From the NCBI RefSeq assembly GCF_009914755.1, contig NC_060929.1: a stretch of DNA of 64,000 nt; one strand, 5' to 3'. The DNA is from the human T2T-CHM13v2.0 reference genome, Homo sapiens. The notes beneath the pieces were generated by a model. The model saw nothing but the letters and a program-made list of their open reading frames with translations, searched no databases and was not told the DNA's origin. Each line of letters begins with the position of its first letter. Position 1 is the first letter of the stretch. Shown here piece by piece: positions 1-14,851 of this stretch. The translations under genes were made by a program, and so were the position numbers.

Positions 1-1286
1 CATTATTTGGCTTTTTCTGTATGCTGACATGGTACTGATTTTATGTGATCCATGGTAGATTAAACAGCACCAATCAAGACAGTGGCGCAGAAATACATAC
101 ATCATTATTGTAGTCTTCACAGCCAGGCACTTACAGCTTTTTTTAAAAAAGAAAATTTTATTCAAGAATGTCTTTAATGAGGCTATTAAGATTATAAATT
201 TTATTAAATTTTGACTCAATTATTGAACTTAAAAATATGCTGTATGACAAAAGGGGAAATACAAATAAAGCACTTAGGCTGGGCATTAAAAAACAGTGGT
301 TATTCCAAAAACACTGTGCAATTGAGTTGTGATCTGAACATCATTTTTACTCAAAGGAATAACTGAAAATTGTTATTCAGAATTGGGAGTTTGGCAGACA
401 TTTTCTGGAAAATGAACAAAGTGACCCTATCACTCCAAAAAAACAAATTATTGATGTTATACACAACCAAGGATAACATTTGAGCTTTCACAGGAAAATT
501 TGAATATTGAAAAACTTCTATTTTCCACTGTGAGCTTGAGTGTTTCTCAGTACTTAAAGACCTTTCTGAGAATATTGGTAATGATATTAATGGATGTGAT
601 TTTTATAGTGTATAATGAAATGTGTCAAAATTTTGAAATTCTAATTCTGCATAATTCCACAAACAAATATTTTTCAAATGATCAGTATATAATGGTTTAA
701 AGATAAACTATTAAAGTGCAGGACAGACCAATTGATTTTAATGAAACGGGCAGGGTAAAATAAGGTTACTGATACAGTTTCAGAATGCACATTACAATGA
801 ACATGTAAGAACTTACTACTACTTGAGTTTTAGTGTAATACTATTTTTAGTTATCTGAAAACACTGTTATTTTCCCTTGTTCAATTATATACCTGTATGA
901 GGTGGGACTTTCTTTACATATGTCAAGCAAAACAATATTCTGCAACAGATATAATACAGAGCAGATATGAGAAACCAGCAGTGTTAACCAGACATTAAGA
1001 AGATTCACAAAATTGTAAAACAATGATATTCTTCAAACTCATATCACTGATTTATTTGAAAATATTGCAACTTTTTATAAAAGAAAAATATGTTTTAATG
1101 TTAGCATGCAGTGATTTTTATTTATCTGTAAGTGAATAAACAAAAATATGTTGTAAATTTTGGTTTTAATTTACAATATAGTAGATATAGGTAAATATAA
1201 TGCATGTAAGCAGAAGAATTTTGGCTCCCTCAGTTACATTTAAGAGTATAAAATTGTTCTGAGACCAAAAAGTTTGAGGACCACTA
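1..1286 (+). mobile_element. Degenerate hAT-Charlie DNA transposon (Charlie1-like), 3' portion
   Basis: Ends in CTGAGACCAAAAAGTTTGAGGACCACTA, resembling the Charlie1 terminus; the body is AT-rich with no intact ORF. Confidence 0.65.
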
Positions 1287-1726
1287 CTCTAGAAATATTT
1301 TATGCATTTTGCAGGACCTCAGTCTTAAAAAGCCTTTTCCTGACTCCACAGCTGCTCATTCCTTGTTCTTTGTTAGTATAGCAATTTGTGTAAATGTTAC
1401 TTTGAATGTGTTCACATTGTATGAGAGAGAAACAAAGTTGGAAGCAAGCAGACAGAAACATACACAGGTGGAATTAAGCAGTGGCCCTTTGTATAAAGTG
1501 GAAACAATCACATGTTTATTAACAATAGACAGGGAAAATTAAAAGAAAATAGTGGAACAATGAAAGAGGAGAATTTGACAGGTTTATTTAAGAGTCCTAG
1601 CTGTGAAGAAGAGCCAAGGTAAAATAATTACCCATGGAAAGGAACAACTGCATTGTTATCTACACTGAGATACGTTAGTATTGATAAAAATTCAGCATTG
1701 GTGAAATGAAAACTAAGAATGGTAAG

Positions 1727-1925
1727 TGCTATGTTCTGAATGTTTGTGTTCCTTCCCTTTCCCCAGAATTATTTTATTGTATGCTAATCTCTAAGGTGGT
1801 GGAATTAGGAGGTAGACACTTTGGGAGATGAGATTAATGTCCTTATGAATGAGGCATTAAAGACCACTTACCCCTTCCACCATGTAAAGACACAGCTAGA
1901 ATGTTCCATTTATGAGCCAAAAAGT
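1727..1925 (+). mobile_element. MaLR LTR fragment (MLT1-like)
   Basis: Starts TGCTATGTTCTGAATGTTTGTGTTCC; contains GGAATTAGGAGGT and CCCCTTCCACCATGTAAAGACACAGC, typical of MLT1. Confidence 0.6.
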
Positions 1926-3769
1926 GATAATATCAGATCATTAATTATATGTAAAGAGAAATATATATTATTTCAATAATTAATTGTAGGCTCAATTTAT
2001 TATAAAATACCCCCTTTCATACTGGACTATAATTTCCATAAAAGATAGGAAAAATGTGTACTTCTCCATAGGGACACCCTTAACCATAGATTTCTTACAA
2101 TGCCTTACACAAGCTCGATTCATAATGCAGTAGTTGTGAATGCCTGTCAAATGAGTAAGTGTGGCTTAATCTGTGTAAAAACATAAACAGCCCAGAAACG
2201 GAAACTACTAAGTGTTTCAAACAGAGAAAATAAAATTCATGGAATTGTTTACATGGGTGATAGAAGAGCTGGTGAGTCAAAAAGGGTTGGTGAGGCAAGC
2301 CAGAGATTAACAGCAGCTGGAAGCAGGACAACCCTGGAGCAGGGACAAAGGGAAGAAATGATGATAACAAATCTATAAGGGAAGCTAGATTCCTTGCCAG
2401 GAACCATCATATCCTAGAGAGAGGGGCTGTTCTGTTATGAGCTGAGATGATACAGCCACTGCTAAAGATGTTGCCATGGTATCTAACTCTCTCCTAAGAG
2501 ATGAAGAAATACTTTTGTTTCTCTCTTACTCCTCTTTTCCAGTTTTCACCATTAATAAACTTGCTCAGAGGCTGACTGGTTAAAAAAAAAAAAAAAAAAA
2601 GCTAGCTGGCAGGAAAATGGCCTTCCTTGTGATGTAGAACAGTGGAGAAAGGGACAGGAAAATGATTACTAGAGTCATTAACAAATGCCCACTACAGTGG
2701 ATCCTGTAAGCTACCTGGTAGACTGATTTCTGAGGGAGCTAGCCTGCAGCCAATGGAACACAAAAATAATTCAGTATAGAAAAATTCAGAGTAGATGTCT
2801 TTTCTGACATTATTATTTCAAAAGAGAGTGGAACAAAATATTTCTATTTAGAAATGAAAGTGTTATACAGGCATTAAATCTACACTTGTTCAAAAGATGT
2901 TACCAGCATGATGTATAGGAAAACATGTTTTGAGTAATTAGTGAAATGGATTATACCCATAAACAAAGAAGAAACATGGTGAGAGTAATTATTTCTGGCA
3001 TGTAGAGTATGTAAGGCTGCTAGAAACACAAAACGCACAATGGCAAAAGTATTTGCTTTTACTTAAGTGGGAAACATTTACAGCTTCTGGAATATAAAAC
3101 TGTGTGATCCTGAACAATCTTGTGTTTCTCGGACCTCAAATTTATGGTGCAAGTAATAAATTTCAACCATCAGAGAAAACATTCCAGACTTTTTATTTGC
3201 ATGTTTTCATTAAAGAGCTAAAAGGGAAATGAGAGTAACATAGTCAATTACATAAATATGCAGGGTATTCAACAAGCAGGCTCTGTCTCTAGAATAAAGA
3301 AAATATTATCAGGGTAAAGAGGATGTTGCCTACTCTTGGTGAAACAAATTACATGTTTGTGTATCTGTAATATTGACATCAAAGGTACCCAGGAAAGAAA
3401 GTAAAACCACAAATGATATCTTATTTCTGTCTCCTTGTACAATCTCCTATTAAAAAAAAGGGAATGCAAGAAAAAAATGAATAATTTGAATTTATATTGC
3501 TAAGAAAATCTAGTGTTGTATTTTAAAATATCTGGGCACTTGATGCAAGCTCAGTAGGTAAATGATTAAATAAATATTTGAAGTTTTGCAGGTGGAAAAT
3601 TTCTTAGACATCATCAAGTAAAATATCCTTATTGTGTAGATGAAAAATGAGACCAAAAAAGAACAAAACATATTCCAGTTTGTATGTACATAACAGTTAA
3701 AAAAGAGTTCCTTTTATTGACTCAAATGCTTGTAGTTGGTCCCAGAGCTGACATTGTAGTCAGCCAGAA

Positions 3770-3960
3770 CTGGGAAATCATTCAGAGCTCTGCTACTTCT
3801 TCTTGTGTGATCATACACAATTAAACTATTTTTGCCTCACTTTTCTCATCTGTACATAAAGATAAATGTATTACCTAACTCATAGGAGATTTGTAAAGAT
3901 AAAATGAGATAATGCATATAATGCACTGAGCAGAGTACATAAGGACACAGCAGATGTTAT
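3770..3960 (+). mobile_element. MIR SINE fragment
   Basis: GCCTCACTTTTCTCATCTGT ... GATAAAATGAGATAATGCATATAATGCACTGAGCA matches the MIR core. Confidence 0.6.
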
Positions 3961-4670
3961 CCTATTCTTGTTCTGCATCACTCCCTGACTTTCCATCAAG
4001 CACTGACTAGCTAAGCATTCAAGTTGAAAATATGGTCTACATCCCTATGGAGACCTATAGAGGGAGGCAGCAGTCACTCAAATGCTCTTGTAATATTTTC
4101 TTTATGACTCATTCCAATGTCTTCCCACTATCATGAAGGTATTCTTATCCAGCCTTGATTTCTTCTACCCTGATTGCTTCTATTACCCATAATAAACAGG
4201 CTACCCAAGAGCAAACTGGCCACTGCAATCTTTAGAATATTTGGACAAATTAAGCCTTTATTAAAGATGCAGTAATGAGGAGTTTCAGTAGGGACAACGC
4301 TAGGTGGCTTCTGCACTGAGGGGTGGATATGAGTGTCTGGGGCAATTCTCTGCCACACTGCTAATACAAAATAAGCCAAAAAAAAAAAAAAAGGAGGCCA
4401 TGTTTAGTAACATGATTTGTATATGATTGGTGTTCATGAAGTTCTGTTGTAATACAGTGGATCAAACGATATGTAATTGGAATTTGTGCCAGGCATGATA
4501 GGCATAATTTATCTCAAAGTCAAGGCAAACATGTCATGGGTTTTTCAAATTCTTAGCATTCATTTAGAAAAAAATATAATCAATATTATCAGTAGTCATC
4601 ATAAAGGCAAAAGTAGTGTGGTCCAGGAAGATATCACTATAAAGATACTATTTTAAAACTGGCTACCAAA

Positions 4671-5960
<1,290 letters not shown>

Positions 5961-6055
5961 AGCTACAAAACGTCAGTGGTTCAATTTATATTTTAGAGTT
6001 CTTGGTGGGACAAGATTAAGTCTCAACAAAGGGCTGGGATTTGTCTGAAACTACA

Positions 6056-6435
6056 TGTTATGGACTGATTGCGTTCCTCTAAAACTCATATATTGAAGCC
6101 CTAAGCCCCAAAGTGATAGTATTTGGACATGAGATCTTAGGAGGTAATAAGGATTAGATGAGGTCATGAAGGTCAGGCCTTCATGAAGCAATTAATGTCC
6201 TTGTAAGAAGAAATACCAGAGAGCTCTCTCTGTCTCTCCCAGCATGCAAATAAGAGGTTATCTGAGAACACAGGGAAATGTTGGCTGCCTACAAGTGAAG
6301 AGAACAGGCTTCAGAATAAAACCTACTTTGGTGGAAACTTGATCTTGAACTTCCAGCCTCCAGAACTGTGATAAATTTCTGTTATTTAAGCCACACAGTC
6401 TACGGTATTTTGTAATGGCAGCCCAAGCTAATACA
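6056..6435 (+). mobile_element. MaLR LTR (MLT1A/MST-like), complete solo LTR
   Basis: TG...CA termini: TGTTATGGACTGA ... CTTCCAGCCTCCAGAACTGTG ... GGCAGCCCAAGCTAATACA. Confidence 0.8.
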
Positions 6436-6560
6436 ATGCATTTGCATGGTTTCTTCATATTCCGTCCTGCTTTCTTCTCGTCCTTACAGGCTTCTCCGAG
6501 AGCACTCTCTCAATCAAGAGTTCCCATCTCAGGATCTGCTCCTACAAGACCCAACTTAGG
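6436..6560 (+). mobile_element. LTR16-like 3' end (ERVL), apparently interrupted by the preceding MaLR LTR
   Basis: CTTACAGGCTTCTCCGAGAGCACTCTCTCAAT...CCCATCTCAGGATCTGCTCCT...CCCAAC resembles LTR16 U5. Confidence 0.45.
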
Positions 6561-6953
6561 ATAGTAATGATGTTTATCACTTATTTAGTGAGTATGTGTC
6601 AAGTGCCAGACATGCCTACATTCAACATGCAGTGGCAAACAAGACAAACATTTTACCCAGTTTCACAGGGCTCAGAGGCTTGTGGTCTCACTAGTGTTAT
6701 TTACTAGGTATTTTATTAATCAAAAATGATAGTAGTTTGTAAAAATACCTTTGTTAATGTCATAATTATTCTGACATTAGCTTCTGAATTTATGGTAATC
6801 TGATCATAGAATATGTCATATAAGATCTGCTTTAGGAAAAATGTATTAGGAGCTTAAAACATTTCATACGTATTCTAGAAATATTCAGAGAGAAAGTATA
6901 TTACCTGACTCCTCAACCTGGTTTTTACCATACTTTTCTAGTCTTGTTCCATA

Positions 6954-7780
6954 TATTATGGGATCCTTGGGGTGTTGCTTCACCAGCCAGGAGCCACTGT
7001 GGACAGTGGTGCCTTTGCCTGAGTTTTCTTCAGGCCCACTGGGCCCACTCAACCTGGTGGACTGTGCTTGGTTTGCGCTACTGGCCTGGATCCCATGCCT
7101 GCCAAGGGTGAGTGGAGTGCTGAGGGGTATGTGAGCAAGCATGGGGTCCAGCCACTGCACACAGCCAGGTTCCTTGAGGGCTATGGTGGGGTGGGCAGCT
7201 CCAGGCACTGGCATGGGCTCTGGCTCCCTGCAAGGCTGTGGCTGGACCAGGCGTAACGCTAGCAGCTTCCATGGCTGGCACCGGAGAAACACATTGTCAC
7301 CCAGAAGCTTGGAGATGCCAGGAACGAAAGAATTCCAAAGAGGGTGTCACAGCCCTGGCTTGGAGAACTCCTAGGTCTGGGCTTCCTGAAGGGCTGCAGC
7401 TCTTCTCTCCTTCTTGTCCCCAGTAATGTGGCAAGCAAGGGGTGTGTTTCAACTCTGTTGACTTCCAGGGCCACCGACAGTGCAGAGGTGGCCAGATCCG
7501 CAGCCACAGCTTGGACGGCTGCTGCTGCACCCAGGAGGGCAGGTCTCTTGCCTGCTGTCTACCCGCAAGAGCAGAGGGATGCCTGGGTCTGCAGGGGCAA
7601 CTAGGTGCCTGCAACTGCGCCCAGGGATCGAGAGGCTCCATCCTGCCAGCTCGGAAGGGGGTAGGGCTTCCTCCTGTTCCTGGCTCCCACCAGCTGGGTA
7701 CACATGAAGCCCAAGCTGCACCTCCCCTACTGCTGCTGGCATCATGGCAGCAGCCGCGTCTGGGGCCACCACTGCCATCA
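6954..7780 (-). mobile_element. MER52-like solo LTR (ERV1)
   Basis: GC-rich block; minus-strand start TGATGGCAGTGGTGGCCCC, end CACCCCAAGGATCCCATAATA; 4-bp TSD CATA at 6950-6953 and 7781-7784. Confidence 0.8.
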
Positions 7781-9569
7781 CATAGATGCCATATTGCTAC
7801 TCATTGAAATTACTAAAGAGGTGTCTTTTAAAATACTGTTTGGCTGGTTTCTTCATTAAATTATTTCTTCAATCATTTTCTTCCTGTTTTTTCATAATTT
7901 AATAGTTTTCTTTACTTATTTTGTTCAGTATTTAATCATAGTCCCTGTGTTCTTTGGTTCTCCTCTCTATGGATTCTACCTAAGAATTTGCCAACAATCA
8001 CGGTATGTCAGTTTCCTTGTTCTTTGCACATTCTTCTTGGGTACTGTTGAAAACTTTAGTACATAACCAATAAGGCAGGTTGGGATAAGTGATTTCAGGC
8101 TAATTCTTGGTGCATAAGTGGTACCTCTTTGGTGTATTTCTGCTTTAAGAGATGGTCTTATTTTATCCTCTGCCTTTCTTCTTATATTTCCAACTTTAAT
8201 AAGTACAATTTCCAGTATCCAGGGGTACCTCATGGTCCTTTCATTTTTTAACTCATTTTGTTCTCAAGGACTTTACCCTTCCACCAGCATTTTAATCTAC
8301 ATGTCCTCTTCACAGAGCAGGTCCATTGTTATCTGTCAGCCACAATGTCTGCATGGATGTGGAGCTGTAGAAGTGTACATTAGAAGTATTCTGATCACAC
8401 GAAAAGAAGTCCCCCCAAATAGATAGAGAGACTGGTTTTGCCTAATATCATTTTAGTAGCCAGGTACCTAATTTCTTTTTTTCTTTGTCTTTATAGAAAT
8501 TTGAAAAGAAAATTGGGGGGAGGGCAGAATCAAACAATACTAGCAAGAAACTTTTTAAAATTATAACCAATCAATTGCATTTTGATATTTTTCAATATAG
8601 TGTTAACTTTAGCTACATTTTCCCAAAGGATAAAGACAAATTCACACTCTCTACATGCCCTGAGAACATTCCTTAGGGATATGGTCAGCAACATTCCCAC
8701 CCTCCTCATGCCCCAGTGAGAATCTGTTCAACATTTCTTCTCCAGTCTTCTATTATATAGATATATTTTGGAGATTGGAGGGGTCCAACGGTACAAAACT
8801 CTATACAAAAGCATGCTAAACACTGTTCTAAACATTAGAATGATATAAGAAACCATACAATATAGAGATACATGTATCATTATAAAGTATCTAGGTGAGA
8901 ACACTCAAATGAGAAGATTTGCCTGCACAGCATGAAAAGAAACTTGAACCTCTAATAGACTTTCTAAACTAATTAACAAATAAATAAATTTTAATATGTT
9001 CTTTTCAAGTTCATCAGCAGTCTAACTGACTATTCTTCTATGAAAACGTATAAGCACAAAAGTTAAAAATAATCCAAGTGCACTTTAAAATATTCCTTTT
9101 CATCTATGATTAGGTTATCCAATATATTTTATTTGCCTTATGTTGCTTATGGAAGAAACAATTGACACTACTTCTGCACAGTAATGGTTTCTGAATATAT
9201 CTAATGGTTTAGGAATATAATCTGTACTAGATGTCTATGATGGTAGAGTTATTTGCACAATTCATGAATACTGAAGAAAAAAATCACAAGAAAAACGTGA
9301 AATTTTGTGCACCTGTAAAAACATGTTTGTATGCACCATATAAACTCATCAGTATTACGTTTTGACCTAATATATAACTGGTTTATTAAATAAACTGATT
9401 ACAAATGCCCTCACATTTTAGGATAAGCTAAAATGTTGATGGGAGGATGACTTTTGGACCAAGACTGGGGACTCCAGGTCTCTCTTCTCATAGACTGAAT
9501 GACTTTGGGTTTCTTTCATATTTTTGTAAATAGGGACCTAACTGGTTGGGTGGCCAGATATGTGCAAAC

Positions 9570-9930
9570 ATGTCTATATCAGGCACAGTCAGGTAAAAGA
9601 TGGCACTTTCCTAGTGAATAATTTGAAAAGAGCTTAATAAGGGACAGCTGACAAAATTCTGCATAGGGTGTAGTAAAACCAAGCAGTGATGCAGAAACTC
9701 AGAAGAAGATCAGGTCTGAAGGGAATAAAGGTAACCAGAATCCAGAAATGTCCTTGTCAAGATATGTGACTCAGGGGTACAGCCAGACTTACAGAAAATA
9801 CGCAAGATAAATCAATATTCTTTCTCTAGTTCCCACTACCTGATCCAATCTGGAAGACAGAGAACAAAAGAACACACGGATGTAGTCTATATGGATAAGT
9901 CAGCTGTGCACAGATCATTGCAAAGAAAAG
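9570..9930. mobile_element. Ancient ERVL-type LTR fragment
   Basis: AAGATGGCAC...GAATAATTTGAAAAGAGCTTAATAAGGGAC...AGGGTGTAG resembles old ERVL LTRs; family not resolved. Confidence 0.35.
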
Positions 9931-11045
9931 TAGACAGCGCATCTGGTTTTATTAATTCAAATCCTCACTCTGGTAACTCCCCCGTCAGGCTCCATACATC
10001 ACATTATTACCCTCCACCTGCCCTCCAGTTAATATTTTATAACAGTAGGATAATTTCAGTAGAAACTGACATATGACTCCCATTTTATTTTTATAACTTT
10101 ATTAGGGTTATCCTTACAAAATTGAATGAAAATTTTTAATGTATATACTATGTCAAAATACAAATAATAAAATTAATTTTCTAATATGCAATTTATCACT
10201 AGATTTAGTGAAACACTATACCTTTCAATGATTTTCAAACTTGGAAACATATATGATGCCAGTTAGATAAGGAACAGTATGTACCCCATTAGAAACAATA
10301 TTGCATAAGTCACTGATTTTTATGCTGCACTTACTAGATCAAAAAAACTCCTGGGTCAGGAAGAAGTTGAATCCAATGGTCACATTATTGCAGAATTTGG
10401 TACACAGTATGTTTTTTCACAGAGTTTCAACCATTAATTCACTTGGCTGTAAATTACCAGGCATTCAGCCTATTAAAGAAAAGCTGACTGAATCTTACCG
10501 TGTGCTGCAGCATGGTTATTTGCCAACATAGTCTAAGTCACACTTTCTATTCATGTGCTGCTCCACAGAACAGCTCAGAAATGTCAGGAATGTTACTGAG
10601 CTGCCAATATGTCAAATGCATGGTAGAAAGTACATGGTGGAAAGCTTTCCCTTTTGTTTTCTTGATTACATTAGTGTATTCTGAGCTCCTTTGTGGCTCC
10701 AGATGGGCACCACTTGAAGAAGTGCTTTTCTTTTTGTAAAATATTGCCATGCCATTATGACAGGGAAATATCCATTGTTGTAGTACATTCTGTTTTACTA
10801 CAATATTATTAACCCAAACCCTTGAGGATTCAGTCTTGTGTTTCAAAAATCGGAAATAGCCACAGGCTTTGAAATTTCTTGAATAATTCTCAGTCTGAAG
10901 TTGAGAATAGGAGACTTTTCCTTTAGTAATTCAAACCAAGTATCTACTGGCCAACCTCCTTTCCCTATTTCTAAATATCCAGAAGCAAATAAAGATAGGA
11001 GTTCAATAATCAGGGAGCTAAAACTAAGCATGCAGATTCTACCCT

Positions 11046-11336
<291 letters not shown>

Positions 11337-11489
11337 AAATTCTACCCTCACATTTCTGTACTGAAGAAGAAAATACGCTACTTTTTGGCACTCAAGGACA
11401 GAAAAGACATTGGAGGTGCAGAATATGAGGCAATGAGTCTAAGAAGCCATGTGTTGTAGGAGAAATCTCAATGAGTAAGAATAAAGACA

Positions 11490-11680
11490 CCTGAGTTCTG
11501 CTCTTAATTCTGTCCTACAATGCCAACTAAATCTTTTAGCTTTGGAAACCTTATCTGAAAATTGAGGATAATAGCAGTTCCCTGCTCTAGTTTATTGGAT
11601 TATACTGAGAATCAAGGGAGATTGTATTATGACATTGGAAAATGCTACAGAAATAGTAAAGTTCTGTACAAATACAACAT
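11490..11680 (+). mobile_element. MIR fragment
   Basis: ACCTGAGTTCTGCTCTTAATTCTG ... CTTATCTGAAAATTGAGGATAATAGC. Confidence 0.5.
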
Positions 11681-11741
11681 AAATAAAAATAGCAGAAATA
11701 AATTGTTATATGAAAATGTACATGGACATAAAAATACTATT

Positions 11742-11742
<1 letters not shown>

Positions 11743-11788
<46 letters not shown>
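11743..11788. repeat. (AC)23 microsatellite
   Basis: Read directly. Confidence 0.97.
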
Positions 11789-11790
<2 letters not shown>

Positions 11791-12549
11791 TTCCCAACAA
11801 AGCCTTTCTATACAGAATAATCAAGGCTTACGGAATCAATCATTTGTGAAGGCAAAATATGATGAAAGTAATTAATATAAACTTTTATTACCATATTGAC
11901 CAAAATGTATTTCATGGAAATTCTTTTAACAGGCTATTTATAAGTGTTAGGTTAAAGGAAGGAAGAGTGGAAGGATGGAGGGTGAGAGGGAGAGACAAAA
12001 AAAGGGAGATTCCATTGTCAAATAAAATAAATTTGGAGACTAAATTTAAACTGGTAAGATTTTTCAAACTTTAATATCCTGATATTTAACCTCATCATTA
12101 CAAAAAGTGGGGTATAGAGAAGGCAGAGTTTCCAAAATTTTATGTCAGTTGAAACTGCTGGAACATACTTTGAAAAATGCTGTTATAGAGGGATTTGCTT
12201 AATCAAGTAATTCTGGAAAGCAGCCAAATCCTAAACAGTGAAGTTAGCAAGTTCCTTGATGCACACAGAAGATCAATCAAAGTAAACACCGAAAAGAATA
12301 ACCATGGCTAACGTTTGTTCAGTAATTCACAGATAATAAAACATTCTCACATAATTATCTCTTCTGATTCTCCACCCATTTTTGATAAATAAGTATTATA
12401 TCCACGTGTGCAGATAAAGAAGCAAATGCTATTGGAGTTTTAGTGTCTAAAATTACAAAGCTGTTGGCAGAACATTAGTCTCAAATGTAAAATGTCCAAT
12501 CCATCGCGTTTCCGTTATAACCTGCTGCTTTACTGTTGAAAAAAGGAAG

Positions 12550-12722
12550 AGGTCTTATTCTTCTTATAAGGTTACTAGTCCTAGATTAAAGGCCCCACCC
12601 TCACCACTTCATACAACCTTCATTACTTCCCAGTGGCCTTATCTCCAAATATTCTCACATCGGAGGTTAGGGCTTCAACATAGGAATTTTGGTGAGGAGA
12701 CACAAACATCAAATCGATAACA
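12550..12722 (-). mobile_element. MaLR (MLT1) LTR fragment
   Basis: TCTTCTTATAAGG...GGCCCCACCC...CTCCAAATATTCTCACAT...GGTTAGGGCTTCAACATAGGAATTTT. Confidence 0.7.
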
Positions 12723-13779
12723 ATATCATTTTATACAGTTGAAGACAGGCTTGAGGCATAAATCATAGCTCACCGACTTGTGGTAAGGAGGGGGTAGATA
12801 GTGGAAGCAGCATGCCAATTAAATAGATTAGTGGCATCATTGTAGATCGAAATGATTTTATCAAGGTCCACCAGTTCAGATTGGCATGCTGTCTAAGGCC
12901 TTACACTTCAGCCTTACACAGAATGCCCTTACGTACTTGCCAGGCTGCAGATCTATGTCAGTCATTCCATTCCAGTTCCTGGATGAAGAACTAAAACTGC
13001 ATACTCTATGTGGTCACACACAGTATTGGTGACCACCTAACACCTAATGGAGTATGGTTTTATATCTGAAGGTCATGGGGTATAGCTTTTGACAACTTAT
13101 TTGTCCTCTGTGATTTTATCCTTGATCACAGTTACTCATTTCCTTGGAGCGGGGAAAGGACCTTGAAACTTAATAAGGACAGAAATCTCCAAGTACCTTC
13201 AAAATTATCTGGGTATCTGAATGATTGTATAGGGCTTTCAATTATCTTGATGCATGTGTGTATTGAGTTCTGCTAAGTGATTAAGGTGTCCTCTGTTCTA
13301 GCTGAATCCACTTCCAAGGAAAGGGGCTGTTAAGCTGTGTAGAGTGGCAATTGGCCAAATTTTAGGAACAACTCCCTGGCCACGGCTGTGAGTGTCCTGG
13401 AATATGTAAAGTCCTAGGTTCTCTTACCACTTAATCCAGCAATTTGAAGCTGTGAGGTAGAATGAGTTTGGGACTACCCTGTTAGGCACTGGCCTCAGGG
13501 TTTCTGGACAAGTGGTAATTCCTAAAAACTTGAGTGAAATGGAGTAATCGTTTGAGCATTGCTTGCTCTTTTGGTAGGCAGTTCAACAGAGGACTGGGAT
13601 GTTTGAGGTGAGATATTTATAGATGGGACCTGAGCCTGAGATTGGAAAGGATGAGGGGGTTGGTGGCTCTTGGCATGGGTAAACTGAATGCCAAATCTAG
13701 GACTTGATAGATGCTAATTTGGGGAAGCAAAAACAACTAAAAAATGTCCATCTGTGAGATAAAAGTAAAGTATATAATC

Positions 13780-14787
13780 CGTAGGGTCTAGCCCTACAGG
13801 GCCTGTGGGTTTTTCTCTTCATGTGCGGAGACAAGAGATCGTAGAAATAAAGACACAAGACAAAGAGATAGAAGAAAAGACAGCTGGGTCTAGGGGACCA
13901 CTACCACCAAGGCGCGGAGACCAGTAGTGGCCCCGAATGGCTGACCGCACTGCTATTTATGTATACAAGGCAAAAGGGGCAGGGTAAGCAGTGTGAGTCA
14001 TCTCCAACGATTGATAAGGTCACGTGAGTCACGTGTCCACCGGACAGGGGGCCTTTCCCTTTTAGGTAGCTGAGGTGGGGAGAGGACAGCTTACGTCATT
14101 ATTTCTTCTACACTCTTCTCAGAAAGATCAAAGACTTTAACACTTTCACTAATTCTGCCACTGCTATCTAGAAGGCGGAGCCAGGTGTATAGAGCGGAAC
14201 GTGAAAGTGAAACAGGAGTGTGACCGCTGAAGCACAGCATCACAGGGAGACATTTAGGCCTCCAGATGGCTGCAGGCAGGCTTGACTGATGTCAGGCCTT
14301 CCACAAGAGGTGGTGGAGCAGAGTCTTATCTAACTCCCCCGGGGAAAGGGAGACTCCCTTCCCCCGTCTGCTAAATAAGGGGTGCCTTCCCAGGCACTGG
14401 CGCTACCGCTGGACCAAGGTCCTCTAGGCAACTGGCACCTTCCCAGGCACTGGCGTTACCGCTAGACCAAGGAGCCCTCTAGTGGCCCTGTCTGGGCGTG
14501 ACAGAGGGCTCATACTCTTGCCTTCTGGTCACTTCTCACCGTGTCCCTTCAGCTCCTATCTCTGTATGGTCTGGTTTTTCCTAGGTTATAATTGTAGAAC
14601 AGAGGTTATTATAATATTGGAATAAAGAGTAATGCTACAAATTAATGATTAATAATATTCATATGTAATCATATCTATATTCTATTTCTAGTATAACTAT
14701 TCTTATTCTATATATTTTCTTTATGATACTGGAACAGCTTGTGCCCTCGGTCTCTTACCTTGGCACCTGGGTGGCTTGCTGCCCACA
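13780..14787 (-). mobile_element. LTR13-type solo LTR (ERVK class)
   Basis: About 1.0 kb; minus-strand start TGTGGGCAGCAAGCCACCCAGGTGCC; 6-bp TSD ATAATC at 13774-13779 and 14788-14793. Confidence 0.85.
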
Positions 14788-14814
14788 ATAATCCAATATA
14801 AATACTATATGGTG

Positions 14815-14817
<3 letters not shown>

Positions 14818-14848
<31 letters not shown>
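14818..14848. repeat. (AT)n microsatellite
   Basis: Read directly. Confidence 0.95.

Positions 14849-14851
<3 letters not shown>

Noticed and set aside
6885-7807. Cluster of many overlapping ORFs
   Set aside because: All lie within the GC-rich MER52-like LTR
14381-14472. Approximately 40-bp direct repeat (CCTTCCCAGGCACTGGCG...GACCAAGG twice) with a short spacer, superficially CRISPR-like
   Set aside because: Only two copies, internal to the LTR13 element, eukaryotic context, no cas genes
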